From positions 1 to 58,895 of the forward strand of contig DASVYQ010000110.1 in NCBI GenBank assembly GCA_036392095.1: 58,895 nucleotides of DNA, written 5' to 3'. The position numbers and the translations under genes were made by a program. The notes below the pieces were generated by a model. The model was not told where the DNA came from, searched no databases, and was given only the letters and a program-made list of their open reading frames with translations. Each line of letters starts with the position of its first letter. Within the stretch, counting starts at the first letter, position 1. This stretch comes from Patescibacteria group bacterium (lineage in GTDB: Bacteria; Patescibacteriota; Microgenomatia; Levybacterales; UBA12049). This document shows, piece by piece, positions 43,700 to 52,833 of the stretch.

Positions 43700-46177
43700 A
43701 TGAAAAACAAAAAAACCTTGCCAGCAAAGTATGAACCAACAATTTTGGAAGAAAAATGGCAAAAAGTCTGGGAAGAGAAAGGCGTCTATCATGTAGACAT
43801 AGAAAATGCAAAAAATCCTTTTTATAACCTTATGATGTTTCCTTATCCATCTGCAGAAGGATTACATGTAGGCAATATGTATGCATTTACCGGAACAGAT
43901 ATCTATGGTAGGTTTCAGCGAATGAATGGCAAAGACGTGTTAGAGCCGATTGGATTAGACGGTTTTGGTATTCATTCAGAAAATTATGCTATTAAAGTTG
44001 GCAGAACTCCAAAAGAACATGCTGCAATTTCAGAAAAAAACTTTTACAGACAGCTTCATTTAATTGGAAACGGTTTTGATTGGGAAAGAAAAGTGGAAAC
44101 ATATGACCCAAAATACTATAAATGGACACAGTGGCTCTTTATTCAATTATTTAACCAAGGTTTGGCATACAGAAAAAAAGCTCCGGTTAACTTTTGTCCA
44201 AAAGATCTAACTGTGTTGGCAGACGAGCAGGTAATAGATGGCAAATGCGAGCGCTGTGGTACAGAAGTAGAAAAGAGAAATCTGGAACAATGGTTTTTCC
44301 AAATTACCAAATATGCAGATCGCTTGTTGGAAAACATTGAAGGACTCGATTGGTCAGACAAAGTAAGAATTGCCCAAAGAAACTGGATTGGTAAAAAAGA
44401 AGGAATTAACATAACTTACCCAATTGAAGGTACAAAAGAAACAGTAACTGTATTTACTACAAGGCCTGACACAAATTTTGGCGCAACCTTTATTGCACTT
44501 GCTCCAGAAAATCCATTGATTACTAAAATTACAACTTCAGAGCACAAACAAGAAGTAGAGGAATATATTAAGGCTGCTTCTCAAAAATCAGATATAGAAA
44601 GACAAGCAGAAGGTAAAGAAAAAACAGGAGTATTTACTGGCAGTTATGCAATAAATCACTTAACAGGGTACAAAATGCCAATTTGGGTTTCTGATTTTGT
44701 CTTAATGGGATTTGGAACAGGCGCATTGGTTGGAGTTCCAGGTCACGATAAAAGAGATTTTGAATTTGCAACTAAGTTTCATTTAGAGATTAAGCGAGTT
44801 GTTGTTGGATCTGACAATGATAAAAGTTCTATCACTACCATGGAGCAAGTACAAGAAGACGAAGGGACAATGATTAATTCAGATTTCTTAAACGGCATGG
44901 ATATACATAAGGCAACAGAAAAGATTATGGACTACATAGAAGAAAAAGGTTGGGGAGAACGAGTTGCAACGTATCACTTAAGAGACTGGCTTATTTCAAG
45001 ACAGAGATATTGGGGTCCACCAATTCCATTAATTAATTGTCCAAAGTGTGGTTGGCAGCCAGTGCCGGAAAAAGATTTGCCTGTTTTACTTCCAGATGTT
45101 GAAAATTGGAAACCAACAGGAACAGGAGAATCACCACTTGCGCAATTAACAGACTGGATTAATACAACTTGTCCAAAATGTTTGGGAGCGGCAAAACGGG
45201 AAACAGATGTGTCAGATACTTTCCTAGATAGTGCCTGGTATTTCTTTCGATACACGTCAACTGATATAGATAGTGCAGCTTTTGATACAAAAAGGGTAAA
45301 AAAATGGTTGCCTGTCACTATGTATATTGGCGGAGCGGAGCATTCAGTGCTACATCTATTGTATTCTCGTTTCGTCACCATGGTTTTATCAGACATGAAG
45401 TTAATAGGTTTTGAAGAACCTTTTGCCAAATTTAGAGCTCATGGCTTAATTATTAAAGACGGCGCAAAGATGAGTAAGTCAAAGGGGAATGTGGTTGTGC
45501 CAGATGCATATATTAAAAAGTTCGGTGCAGACACACTTAGATCCTACTTAATGTTTTTAGGCCCGTTCTCTCAAGGAGGGGATTTTTCTGATAGCGGAAT
45601 TGAAGGAATGCATAGGTTCTTAAAGCGAGTTTGGTTTTTGGCTCATGAGTTTACAGAAAATCCATCAGAAGAACAATTATCAGATGACTCTTTGCGAATC
45701 ATGCATAAGACAATTAAAAAAGCTACAGAAGAAATTAGCAGTTTGCGCTACAACACTGCTATTGCCGCACTTATGGAGTGGTATAACTTTTTAAGTTCCA
45801 GAATAAAAACTGAAGGCAAATTATTAACAAAACAAGAATTAGCAACCTTTGTAAAGCTGTTAGCTCCTTTTGCGCCGCACATGACAGAGGAGATTTGGCA
45901 ATCAGTATCTATAAATGATAGCCAATTTAGCTCTTTGCATAAGCAATCATGGCCAACCTTTGAAGAAAAATACTTGGCAGAAAGCAGCATAACAGTAGTT
46001 ATTCAGGTAAATGGAAAAGTTAGAGACAATATGATAATTGCTTCGGGGATGGATAAAAAACAAGTAGAAGAACAGGCATTATCCTTAGAAAGGATTAAAA
46101 AATATACAGAAGGAAAGCAAATTGTAAAAATAATTTATGTACAAAATAAGCTTATAAATATTGTTATAAAAGAGTAA
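43700..46177 (+). CDS. leuS: Leucine--tRNA ligase
   Basis: 825 aa, with a class I HIGH-type motif (GLHVGNMYAF), KMSKSKGN and a CP1 editing domain. Confidence 0.97.
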   Translation: MKNKKTLPAKYEPTILEEKWQKVWEEKGVYHVDIENAKNPFYNLMMFPYPSAEGLHVGNMYAFTGTDIYGRFQRMNGKDVLEPIGLDGFGIHSENYAIKVGRTPKEHAAISEKNFYRQLHLIGNGFDWERKVETYDPKYYKWTQWLFIQLFNQGLAYRKKAPVNFCPKDLTVLADEQVIDGKCERCGTEVEKRNLEQWFFQITKYADRLLENIEGLDWSDKVRIAQRNWIGKKEGINITYPIEGTKETVTVFTTRPDTNFGATFIALAPENPLITKITTSEHKQEVEEYIKAASQKSDIERQAEGKEKTGVFTGSYAINHLTGYKMPIWVSDFVLMGFGTGALVGVPGHDKRDFEFATKFHLEIKRVVVGSDNDKSSITTMEQVQEDEGTMINSDFLNGMDIHKATEKIMDYIEEKGWGERVATYHLRDWLISRQRYWGPPIPLINCPKCGWQPVPEKDLPVLLPDVENWKPTGTGESPLAQLTDWINTTCPKCLGAAKRETDVSDTFLDSAWYFFRYTSTDIDSAAFDTKRVKKWLPVTMYIGGAEHSVLHLLYSRFVTMVLSDMKLIGFEEPFAKFRAHGLIIKDGAKMSKSKGNVVVPDAYIKKFGADTLRSYLMFLGPFSQGGDFSDSGIEGMHRFLKRVWFLAHEFTENPSEEQLSDDSLRIMHKTIKKATEEISSLRYNTAIAALMEWYNFLSSRIKTEGKLLTKQELATFVKLLAPFAPHMTEEIWQSVSINDSQFSSLHKQSWPTFEEKYLAESSITVVIQVNGKVRDNMIIASGMDKKQVEEQALSLERIKKYTEGKQIVKIIYVQNKLINIVIKE

Positions 46178-46232
46178 TATCTTCTTAAAGGCATGGCTTG
46201 CAATCTCTCTAAAAAAGTCCTATATTACACAA

Positions 46233-47459
46233 ATGCAACAGAATACTTCAGGGAAACAAGTAGGTTCGCTCGGTGCTGAACGAGAGACAAGGACCCCACG
46301 TGTAAATGGTACGCAGTTAAATTTATCTCCCCTTGCTCAACAGGTTTTAACTTTTGATGAAATTGCCTCTTTAGGCAGAATGACTGAAATTCCGGTACGT
46401 CCCAATTTTACTACAGATGCTCTGAATGATTTAAATAGAGCATTATTTGCATTGCCTGCTGATACTGCATTTGGCGGATCTGGATTATCTCCGTTTTTCG
46501 TAGAAATTCCATCAGTACAACTCGCCTTAGTGCATGCAATTGAGTCGCATTTGACGCATAGAGGTAGAAAACCAATTAGAGTTTTAGAAATAGCAGCCGG
46601 GGTAAGAAATCGCTGGCGACATCTGACTCAAACAAGAAGTAGATTTGATGTAACTTTAACCGATTTTGCTCCTCATATATTACCGCTAAATGCAGAAAGA
46701 GAAGTGGGAAGTAATATAACGCTTACAACTGGAGCATATGATTTGAATCAAAACTTACAGGTTTCTCATGCAGATGGTGGGCGTTTTGACGTAGTATTGG
46801 GTACTTATGCATTTGATAGCGTTTGGTTACCTGGAGACAGAAGATATGTAAAAACGAAAAATGGCCAATGGCATGTTTCTTCTTACAGAATTAATGTTCC
46901 AGATTATTTTGATGCACAAGAAAAAGCAGCTGTTTTAGTGGCATTAAGAACAGGAGTTTGGGAAAACACAGAGGGACTCTCTTTATTGGGACTTTTAAAA
47001 AAACTTGAAATTGCAGAAAGGCTGGAGCCTGTTGATATGCAACAAGTTCCTTTTGGTCAAGAAATTTTACAGCGGTATGATAATTTGACAACTGTAGAAA
47101 TAAATTTTCCTGGCGGTCTTATCCAACGAGTGCAAGAAGCCTTTGAAACCACAATAGCTTCAGGTGGAATCTTTGTAATAGGTGATGTAGCAGTCATTAA
47201 TGATCAGTGCTACACAGAATTGTCTGGTAGCTCAAATCATCAACTTACAAGGCAGTATATTAAGGGCTATTATACTAGCGGAAGTGCCGAAAAATATAAT
47301 GTACAAGACTTTGGTTTGGCAAAACAAATTTTAGAAGCCCAAGGATTCAGAGTAAATATTTATAATGCCAGAGAGTATGCTATGCGCTTTGCAGATAGGG
47401 AGCAGAGAAACCAATTGCAGGTCGAAGGAAATCAGTATATTATGGTGGTAAGTAAATAA
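46233..47459 (+). CDS. Hypothetical protein, possibly a class I SAM-dependent methyltransferase (MidA/DUF185-like layout)
   Basis: VLEIAAGVRNRW is motif-I-like, followed by FDVVLGTYAFDSVWLPGDRRYVK. By eye it is more GC-rich than its neighbours. Confidence 0.35.
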   Translation: MQQNTSGKQVGSLGAERETRTPRVNGTQLNLSPLAQQVLTFDEIASLGRMTEIPVRPNFTTDALNDLNRALFALPADTAFGGSGLSPFFVEIPSVQLALVHAIESHLTHRGRKPIRVLEIAAGVRNRWRHLTQTRSRFDVTLTDFAPHILPLNAEREVGSNITLTTGAYDLNQNLQVSHADGGRFDVVLGTYAFDSVWLPGDRRYVKTKNGQWHVSSYRINVPDYFDAQEKAAVLVALRTGVWENTEGLSLLGLLKKLEIAERLEPVDMQQVPFGQEILQRYDNLTTVEINFPGGLIQRVQEAFETTIASGGIFVIGDVAVINDQCYTELSGSSNHQLTRQYIKGYYTSGSAEKYNVQDFGLAKQILEAQGFRVNIYNAREYAMRFADREQRNQLQVEGNQYIMVVSK

Positions 47460-48085
47460 TGGAAACTATATTCTTAAAACTAGTTTCCCTTCTGAAAAAA
47501 GTTCCAAAATACTATTTTTTACCCCTTGGAGTTGCTTGTATTGGTTTGATCCTTTTTGTACAGGGTATGATAGTATATTTCCAAAATCCACAAGGCGAAG
47601 AAATGACAATTCCCGAAACAAAAATTGCCGAAAAAAGTTCTGTGAAAACCGTGAAAACAATAATTGTAGATGTGGAAGGAGCTGTTTTTAAAAGCGGTGC
47701 ATACACAATTCCCGAAAATAGCCGTGTGCAAGATGCGCTCATTGCAGCTGGTGGAATTAGTGTAGATGCAGACCAAAAATATTTTGAGCAAAAAATAAAT
47801 TTGGCTGCTAAATTAGTTGATGGTGCAAAAATTTATATTCCAAGAACTGGAGAAAGTATCTTAGATAGTGGCGCAGAAACAGCAACCGTGGGGCAGCAGC
47901 AAACACCAATAAATATTAATACTGCTTCTTTGGCTGTCTTAGACAGCTTGCCAGGCATTGGGCAAACATTAGCACAAAGGATAATTGATAGCAGGCCTTA
48001 CCAGGCTATAGAAGATTTGGTAACAAAAAAAGTTTTAGGGCAGAAAGTATTTGACAAAATTAAGGATCAATTAAGCGTTTATTAG
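47459..48085 (+). CDS. comEA: ComEA-family DNA receptor (SLBB plus helix-hairpin-helix)
   Basis: It has an N-terminal TM helix, an SLBB-like region (IVDVEGAVFKSGAYTIPENSRVQDALIAAGG) and an HhH motif (ININTASLAVLDSLPGIGQTLAQRIIDSRPY). The start overlaps the upstream stop (TAATG). Confidence 0.85.
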   Translation: METIFLKLVSLLKKVPKYYFLPLGVACIGLILFVQGMIVYFQNPQGEEMTIPETKIAEKSSVKTVKTIIVDVEGAVFKSGAYTIPENSRVQDALIAAGGISVDADQKYFEQKINLAAKLVDGAKIYIPRTGESILDSGAETATVGQQQTPININTASLAVLDSLPGIGQTLAQRIIDSRPYQAIEDLVTKKVLGQKVFDKIKDQLSVY

Positions 48086-48116
48086 TCTATAGTCGCTTTT
48101 TGCAGAAAATCGTTTC

Positions 48117-48137
48117 CTAGGGCATTCTAGACGCTTA
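48117..48137. repeat. 21-bp repeat, inverted copy of 38781-38801
   Basis: CTAGGGCATTCTAGACGCTTA lies in the comEA-comEC spacer. Confidence 0.9.
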
Positions 48138-48152
48138 AAAAAACTTTGTAGT

Positions 48153-49403
48153 ATGCCAAGGAAACTCTTATTTGCTCATTTGGTTTTATTATTCCTTTTT
48201 GGAATACGATTGTATCTGTTTTCTGCATTTTATCCTCAACTAGCTACAAATCAAGAAGTAATTTTTACCACAGCTATTCTTTCTCAGCCATCAGAATTTA
48301 GCAATTATAATATGCTTACTGCTAATTACGGGAATTTATTTAGTAAAAAGATTGTTACAGTAATCTATTCCAAAAATATTAGCTTGAATTATGGGCAGGT
48401 GGTGCGTATTTCTGGCAGAATAAGCAATAGAGTGATAAATACTAACCAGATTAGATCTACGATCTATTTTGCCAAAATTGAAGCTATTTCTGAAAATGCT
48501 AATTTTGTATTAGCAGTCTCTAATTTTATTCGCCAAAATGCAAAAAAAATCTTCCAAAAATACCTTTCGCCAAAAGAAACAGGACTTTTATTGGGGATTA
48601 TATTAGGGGAGAAAACAACTTTTTCAAAAGACTTTTTGCATAGCTTACAAGTTGCGGGAGTAATGCATGTTATAGCAGCATCAGGAATGAATGTTAGTTT
48701 AGTGGCAGGATTTTTGTTTTGGATGTTCTCTTCTTTTCTCAGTAGAAAAGCAGCTGTCTTGCTGACGCTTTTGGGAATTGTATTCTATGCTGTTTTGTCT
48801 GGCCTTGCAGCCTCAATTATACGAGCCACACTTATGGGAGTTGCAGCGCTTTTGGCACAACTGTGGGGAAGGCAATACAGCAGTCTATGGGGAATTGTGC
48901 TTGCGGTTTTTATAATGATTTTTGTAAATCCAAATTTTATACAAGATGTTGGGTTTCAGCTTTCAGTATTGGCAACAATAGGTATTTTTGGCATAAAACC
49001 TCTTTTTCCAAAGCATATATTTTTTGAAGATATCGAAACAACTATTAGCGCTCAAATTGCAACATTGCCAATTTTACTCTCAAATTTTGGAAATTTTGGC
49101 TTATTGTCTATTTTGGCAAATGCACTGGTACTTTGGATGATTCCAATACTTATGATTTTGGGATGTTTATCTGTTGCTGTTGGATTACTTATTCTGCCAT
49201 TGGGGAGTTTGCTTACTTTTATTGCAAAGCCGTTTTTACTATTCTTTATTTTTATTGTAGAAAACGTTGCAGCTGTTAGTCCATTAGTTTCAGTTGGTAC
49301 TTTACCGCAAATTTTGATAGTAGGTTACTACCTCTTGCTTTTTGCAACTATGTTGCTTCTAAATAAAAAGCCAAAATTAATTAACCAAGATACTGGCATG
49401 TAG
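48153..49403 (+). CDS. comEC: ComEC/Rec2 DNA-uptake channel (short form, no metallo-beta-lactamase domain)
   Basis: The competence-domain signature is GLLLGIILGEKTTFSKDFLHSLQVAGVMHVIAASGMNVSL. It is polytopic, only 416 aa, and ends inside the convergent kinase gene. Confidence 0.85.
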   Translation: MPRKLLFAHLVLLFLFGIRLYLFSAFYPQLATNQEVIFTTAILSQPSEFSNYNMLTANYGNLFSKKIVTVIYSKNISLNYGQVVRISGRISNRVINTNQIRSTIYFAKIEAISENANFVLAVSNFIRQNAKKIFQKYLSPKETGLLLGIILGEKTTFSKDFLHSLQVAGVMHVIAASGMNVSLVAGFLFWMFSSFLSRKAAVLLTLLGIVFYAVLSGLAASIIRATLMGVAALLAQLWGRQYSSLWGIVLAVFIMIFVNPNFIQDVGFQLSVLATIGIFGIKPLFPKHIFFEDIETTISAQIATLPILLSNFGNFGLLSILANALVLWMIPILMILGCLSVAVGLLILPLGSLLTFIAKPFLLFFIFIVENVAAVSPLVSVGTLPQILIVGYYLLLFATMLLLNKKPKLINQDTGM

Positions 49404-51140
49404 GGGAACAGAAATCGTTGGAATATTTTTTACTGGACTAACATCAATTTCTTTGGCAATAGGTAAGGTAAAACTAACCGTTGTGCCGTGATTTGGAATT
49501 GACTGCAAGAAAATATTACCTCCATGAGCTTCAATAATCCCTTTAGAAATATATAACCCTAAACCTGTACCACCGGCTCCATGAATATATCCCAAATTTT
49601 CTATTTGAGCAAACTTAGAGAAGAGTAGACCTTGCTTATCTTTAGGAATGCCAATACCAGTATCTGAAACCGCAATAAGAATGCCTGGATTTGTTTTTGT
49701 TTTGGGTAAATATTCATTTAAGTATTTTCTTGCATGGATAATAACAGAGCCACCGGCAGGGGTAAATTTAAGGCTGTTAGAGATAAGATTATTTAATACC
49801 TGAGCAATCCTGTTTGCATCAAAAAATCCTCTTGGTAAATCAGGATCAACATCAAAAGAAATGGTGATTTGTTTTTTCTTTGCCTGAGCTGCAAAAAGCT
49901 CTGCTGATTGCTGAATTGCTTCTGTAATATTTCCTCCTTTTTGAAATACCGTAAAGTGTCCGGACTCCAATTTTGCAGCATCAAGCAGTGAATTAATATC
50001 ATTAAGCATTCTATCTGATTGTTCATGGATAATTTCTATTAACTTTGTTTGTTGTGTTTCATCTAACTTGTCTTTTTCGGTGAGCATTAATTCACTACCT
50101 GCTTTAAGGGCAGTTAACGGGGATCGTAATTCATGCACAATGCTTGAAGTAAATTCTTCTTTAAGTTTTGCCAAAGCTTTTTCTGCTGTTACATCATGCA
50201 ACGTAATAGTTGCACCTAGAACAATATTTTTTTGATCTTCGTTTGGCATAGTAACTGGTGTAATAACCACTTGTACTGATTTGTTACCAAGTTGCAATTC
50301 CTTTTGCTCTATAATTTTATTTTGCACTAGGGCTTCTTCTATTTTTGCACTAAAGTCATAATCATGAGAAAGGCTACTAATAACATCAAAAATTGTTGGT
50401 TGTCCTTTTAATCCTAAAATTTCTTTTGCAGTATCGTTAATAAGCGTGAGCTGATTGTTTTGATCCACCATTAATACGCCATCAGACATGTTACTAATCA
50501 TGGCTAAAAGTTTACTTTCTTCAGCAGATAATACTTCTTTTAGCTTAGAAAGAGCAGTTGAGGCCTGATTGGTCATCTGATACAAAATGGTCATATCTGC
50601 CTCTTTATAAAGCCCAGGTTTGGTTGACGAAACATTAATAAGCCCGACAATCTTGCCGTTAACAACCAATGGAATATGAAAAAATGAAGCTAGAATTTTA
50701 GTATTTGTATCATCGGGGGCTTGTCCTTGGCGGATTTCTTCTAATTTATCAGGTAATTTTCTATCTATAATAGTACCCAAAGATGCAACCATGCTTTTTT
50801 TGACCTGTTCTATAAAGCGGGAATTTACTCTTTCATCAACATAGATTTTAAAAACAACTTTCTCGTTTTCTAAGACGATTGATGACACAGTTGAATAGGG
50901 AATAAGGTTTTTCAGACTATTAGTAATGGTGTCAATAATATGCTCTATATTTAGTGAGTAGCTGATTCTATCTTGAATTGCCTTTAACATGGAGATTTCA
51001 TAGATTCTTCTTTTTGCCAATTCGTCTCTCTCTTTAAGATCTTTTTTTGTTTTATCTAAAAGAACAGAAAATACAATAGTACAGGCACCAAAGCCAATTG
51101 TCATAGCAAACAATATATATGTATATACGGGCAGGTTCAT
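49377..51140 (-). CDS. Sensor histidine kinase (TM-GAF-PAS-HisKA-HATPase)
   Basis: H box HELRSPLTALKAG, N box NLISNSLKFTPAGG, G1 DTGIGIPKD and G2 GTGLGLYISKGIIEAHGG. Confidence 0.9.
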   Translation of the reverse strand: MNLPVYTYILFAMTIGFGACTIVFSVLLDKTKKDLKERDELAKRRIYEISMLKAIQDRISYSLNIEHIIDTITNSLKNLIPYSTVSSIVLENEKVVFKIYVDERVNSRFIEQVKKSMVASLGTIIDRKLPDKLEEIRQGQAPDDTNTKILASFFHIPLVVNGKIVGLINVSSTKPGLYKEADMTILYQMTNQASTALSKLKEVLSAEESKLLAMISNMSDGVLMVDQNNQLTLINDTAKEILGLKGQPTIFDVISSLSHDYDFSAKIEEALVQNKIIEQKELQLGNKSVQVVITPVTMPNEDQKNIVLGATITLHDVTAEKALAKLKEEFTSSIVHELRSPLTALKAGSELMLTEKDKLDETQQTKLIEIIHEQSDRMLNDINSLLDAAKLESGHFTVFQKGGNITEAIQQSAELFAAQAKKKQITISFDVDPDLPRGFFDANRIAQVLNNLISNSLKFTPAGGSVIIHARKYLNEYLPKTKTNPGILIAVSDTGIGIPKDKQGLLFSKFAQIENLGYIHGAGGTGLGLYISKGIIEAHGGNIFLQSIPNHGTTVSFTLPIAKEIDVSPVKNIPTISVPLHASILVN

Positions 51141-51171
51141 ATGATTTTAAAAAACGTTGAAGGCAGTAACG

Positions 51172-51525
51172 CTACTTAGTTAAAGATTCAATTTTATCAC
51201 CAGTTTTTTTACTGCCGATAACAATAATGTAGGTTCCAATAACAAAGAAGGCCTCTTTAACCAATAAAATGCCAATAATAAAAATGCCTGGGATAATTGC
51301 GTAATAGCCGCTGACTTGCATATACGAATTTACAGCATCAATAATAATACCAACTGCAATACATAAAACACCGATTGAGTTTGTTTTAAAGCCGCTCGCT
51401 AAAATTCCTGTACCAAACTTTTTGGTGACTGAAGCCATCATAATTCCAGCAGCAATAGCAGCAAACGCAGAGATAAAAGAACCTGCTTCAACTAAAACTG
51501 TAAATAATCTGCTTGTATCTATCAT
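51172..51525 (-). CDS. Small 4-TM membrane protein
   Basis: 117 aa, hydrophobic, with a 4-nt overlap with the upstream gene. Confidence 0.55.
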   Translation of the reverse strand: MIDTSRLFTVLVEAGSFISAFAAIAAGIMMASVTKKFGTGILASGFKTNSIGVLCIAVGIIIDAVNSYMQVSGYYAIIPGIFIIGILLVKEAFFVIGTYIIVIGSKKTGDKIESLTK

Positions 51526-52067
51526 ACTTGTTGTAATGCCTCGTTAATAATTTTTTGTGTATTCATATCTATTTCTGGACTTGTAGGTGTTGCAACTGGA
51601 GCAGGATCTACTGCTGGTTGAGAAGCGATTAGAGGTTGTGTTCCTTGTGATTGTACAAGCGGTTGAGCAGATGTCGGTTGTACAATTGGTTGTGTTCCTT
51701 GCGGCATAGGCGGAGTAACAGGTTGGATTGGAGTTGCTGTTGGTTGTTGTTGCACAACTGGCTCTGCAGCCGGAGCTGCTGGCGCTGGGGTTTGAGTACT
51801 TGGTGCTCCATCGGGATGATACATAAGTAAAGGTTCCATTGTTTTTTTAACAATAAGTCCTGAAAGCTGTACAAATTGATCAATTAGTGCTTGCGTTATT
51901 GCTTGTGGTTCACCGCTGATTGCTGTTACGGTCCCGTCATCTATAACCGTTAATCCTGGAACATTTCTTGCTTTAATAAGCGTAATATCAGGTCCTAAAA
52001 TAACGATCTGTTTTTTTATAACATCTGTTAATAATTGTTTGTACTCTGCGTCTGATTGTGGTTGCAT
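51522..52067 (-). CDS. Hypothetical protein: ~85-aa globular head plus a Pro/Gln/Ala-rich tail
   Basis: 181 aa. The tail is TQTPAPAAPAAEPVVQQQPTATPIQPVTPPMPQGTQPIVQPTSAQPLVQSQ. Confidence 0.55.
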   Translation of the reverse strand: MQPQSDAEYKQLLTDVIKKQIVILGPDITLIKARNVPGLTVIDDGTVTAISGEPQAITQALIDQFVQLSGLIVKKTMEPLLMYHPDGAPSTQTPAPAAPAAEPVVQQQPTATPIQPVTPPMPQGTQPIVQPTSAQPLVQSQGTQPLIASQPAVDPAPVATPTSPEIDMNTQKIINEALQQV

Positions 52068-52068
52068 A

Positions 52069-52761
52069 TTAATTAATATTTAATAACTTATTTAAATCAA
52101 TCGGCTCATCAGAAGGTGGAGGAGTTGGTATTGCTGGTTGAGCTGGAGTGGATGCAACAGGTGTTGGTTGCTGCACAGGTGGTAAGGAGGAGACCTCTTT
52201 TACTGGAGTTGGAGTTACCTGTGTTGGAGCAGTAATTGGAGTTGTTGAAACAGTTGGTTGAACAATATTTGGCGTTGGTATTATTGGTGCAGGAGTTACA
52301 GGTGTAGGTTGTGGAGCAGTAACAACTGGTGCTGCTAATTTTTCTTCTTTTGGCATAAGAGGTACTGCATTTTCAATTGCTGGTTGTTTTACGTTTTCTT
52401 TAATTAATTTATTTACTTTTGCTACTAAGTCTTCTGGTTCTACTTGGTATTTTAAAATATAATCCAAAGCGCCAAGATTTATTGCCTCTTGCACTAGATT
52501 ATCTTGATTAAAGTTAGAAAGCATAGCAACGGGAATATTTTTTGTACTTGGATCTTGTTTAATCATTTGCAAAATTTGATTGCCGTTAATGTCTGGTAAA
52601 ACTTGGTCAAGTAATACTAAATCAGGCTGCAGGCTTCTTACTTTTTCCATTCCATCATTGCCTGTTTCTGCAGTTTCTACTTCAAAATGGCCAAGTGCTT
52701 GCAGTGTCTCAGTAAAGACTTTTAAGAGGGCTTGTTCATCATCAATAAGTAGTATCTTCAT
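52069..52761 (-). CDS. Response regulator, receiver domain only, with a Pro/Thr-rich C-terminal tail
   Basis: The REC domain is MKILLIDDEQ...PDLVLLDQVLPDINGNQIL...PVAMLSNF. About 100 aa of low complexity follow (PQPTPVTPAPIIPTPNIVQPTVSTTPITAPTQVTPTPV). There is no output domain. Confidence 0.85.
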   Translation of the reverse strand: MKILLIDDEQALLKVFTETLQALGHFEVETAETGNDGMEKVRSLQPDLVLLDQVLPDINGNQILQMIKQDPSTKNIPVAMLSNFNQDNLVQEAINLGALDYILKYQVEPEDLVAKVNKLIKENVKQPAIENAVPLMPKEEKLAAPVVTAPQPTPVTPAPIIPTPNIVQPTVSTTPITAPTQVTPTPVKEVSSLPPVQQPTPVASTPAQPAIPTPPPSDEPIDLNKLLNIN

Positions 52762-52833
52762 ACTTCTATATTTTACGCTATCAGGTATAAAGATAGGTTG
52801 TCAAGAAGCACTTCTTCATGTTATGCTTATTCC

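Noticed and set aside
43664-43702. Possible leaderless leuS transcript (TTCAAA-16-TATACT ending 7 nt before the ATG)
   Set aside because: The -35 match is poor, and AT-rich spacers produce many TATAAT-like hexamers. I could not support it from sequence alone.
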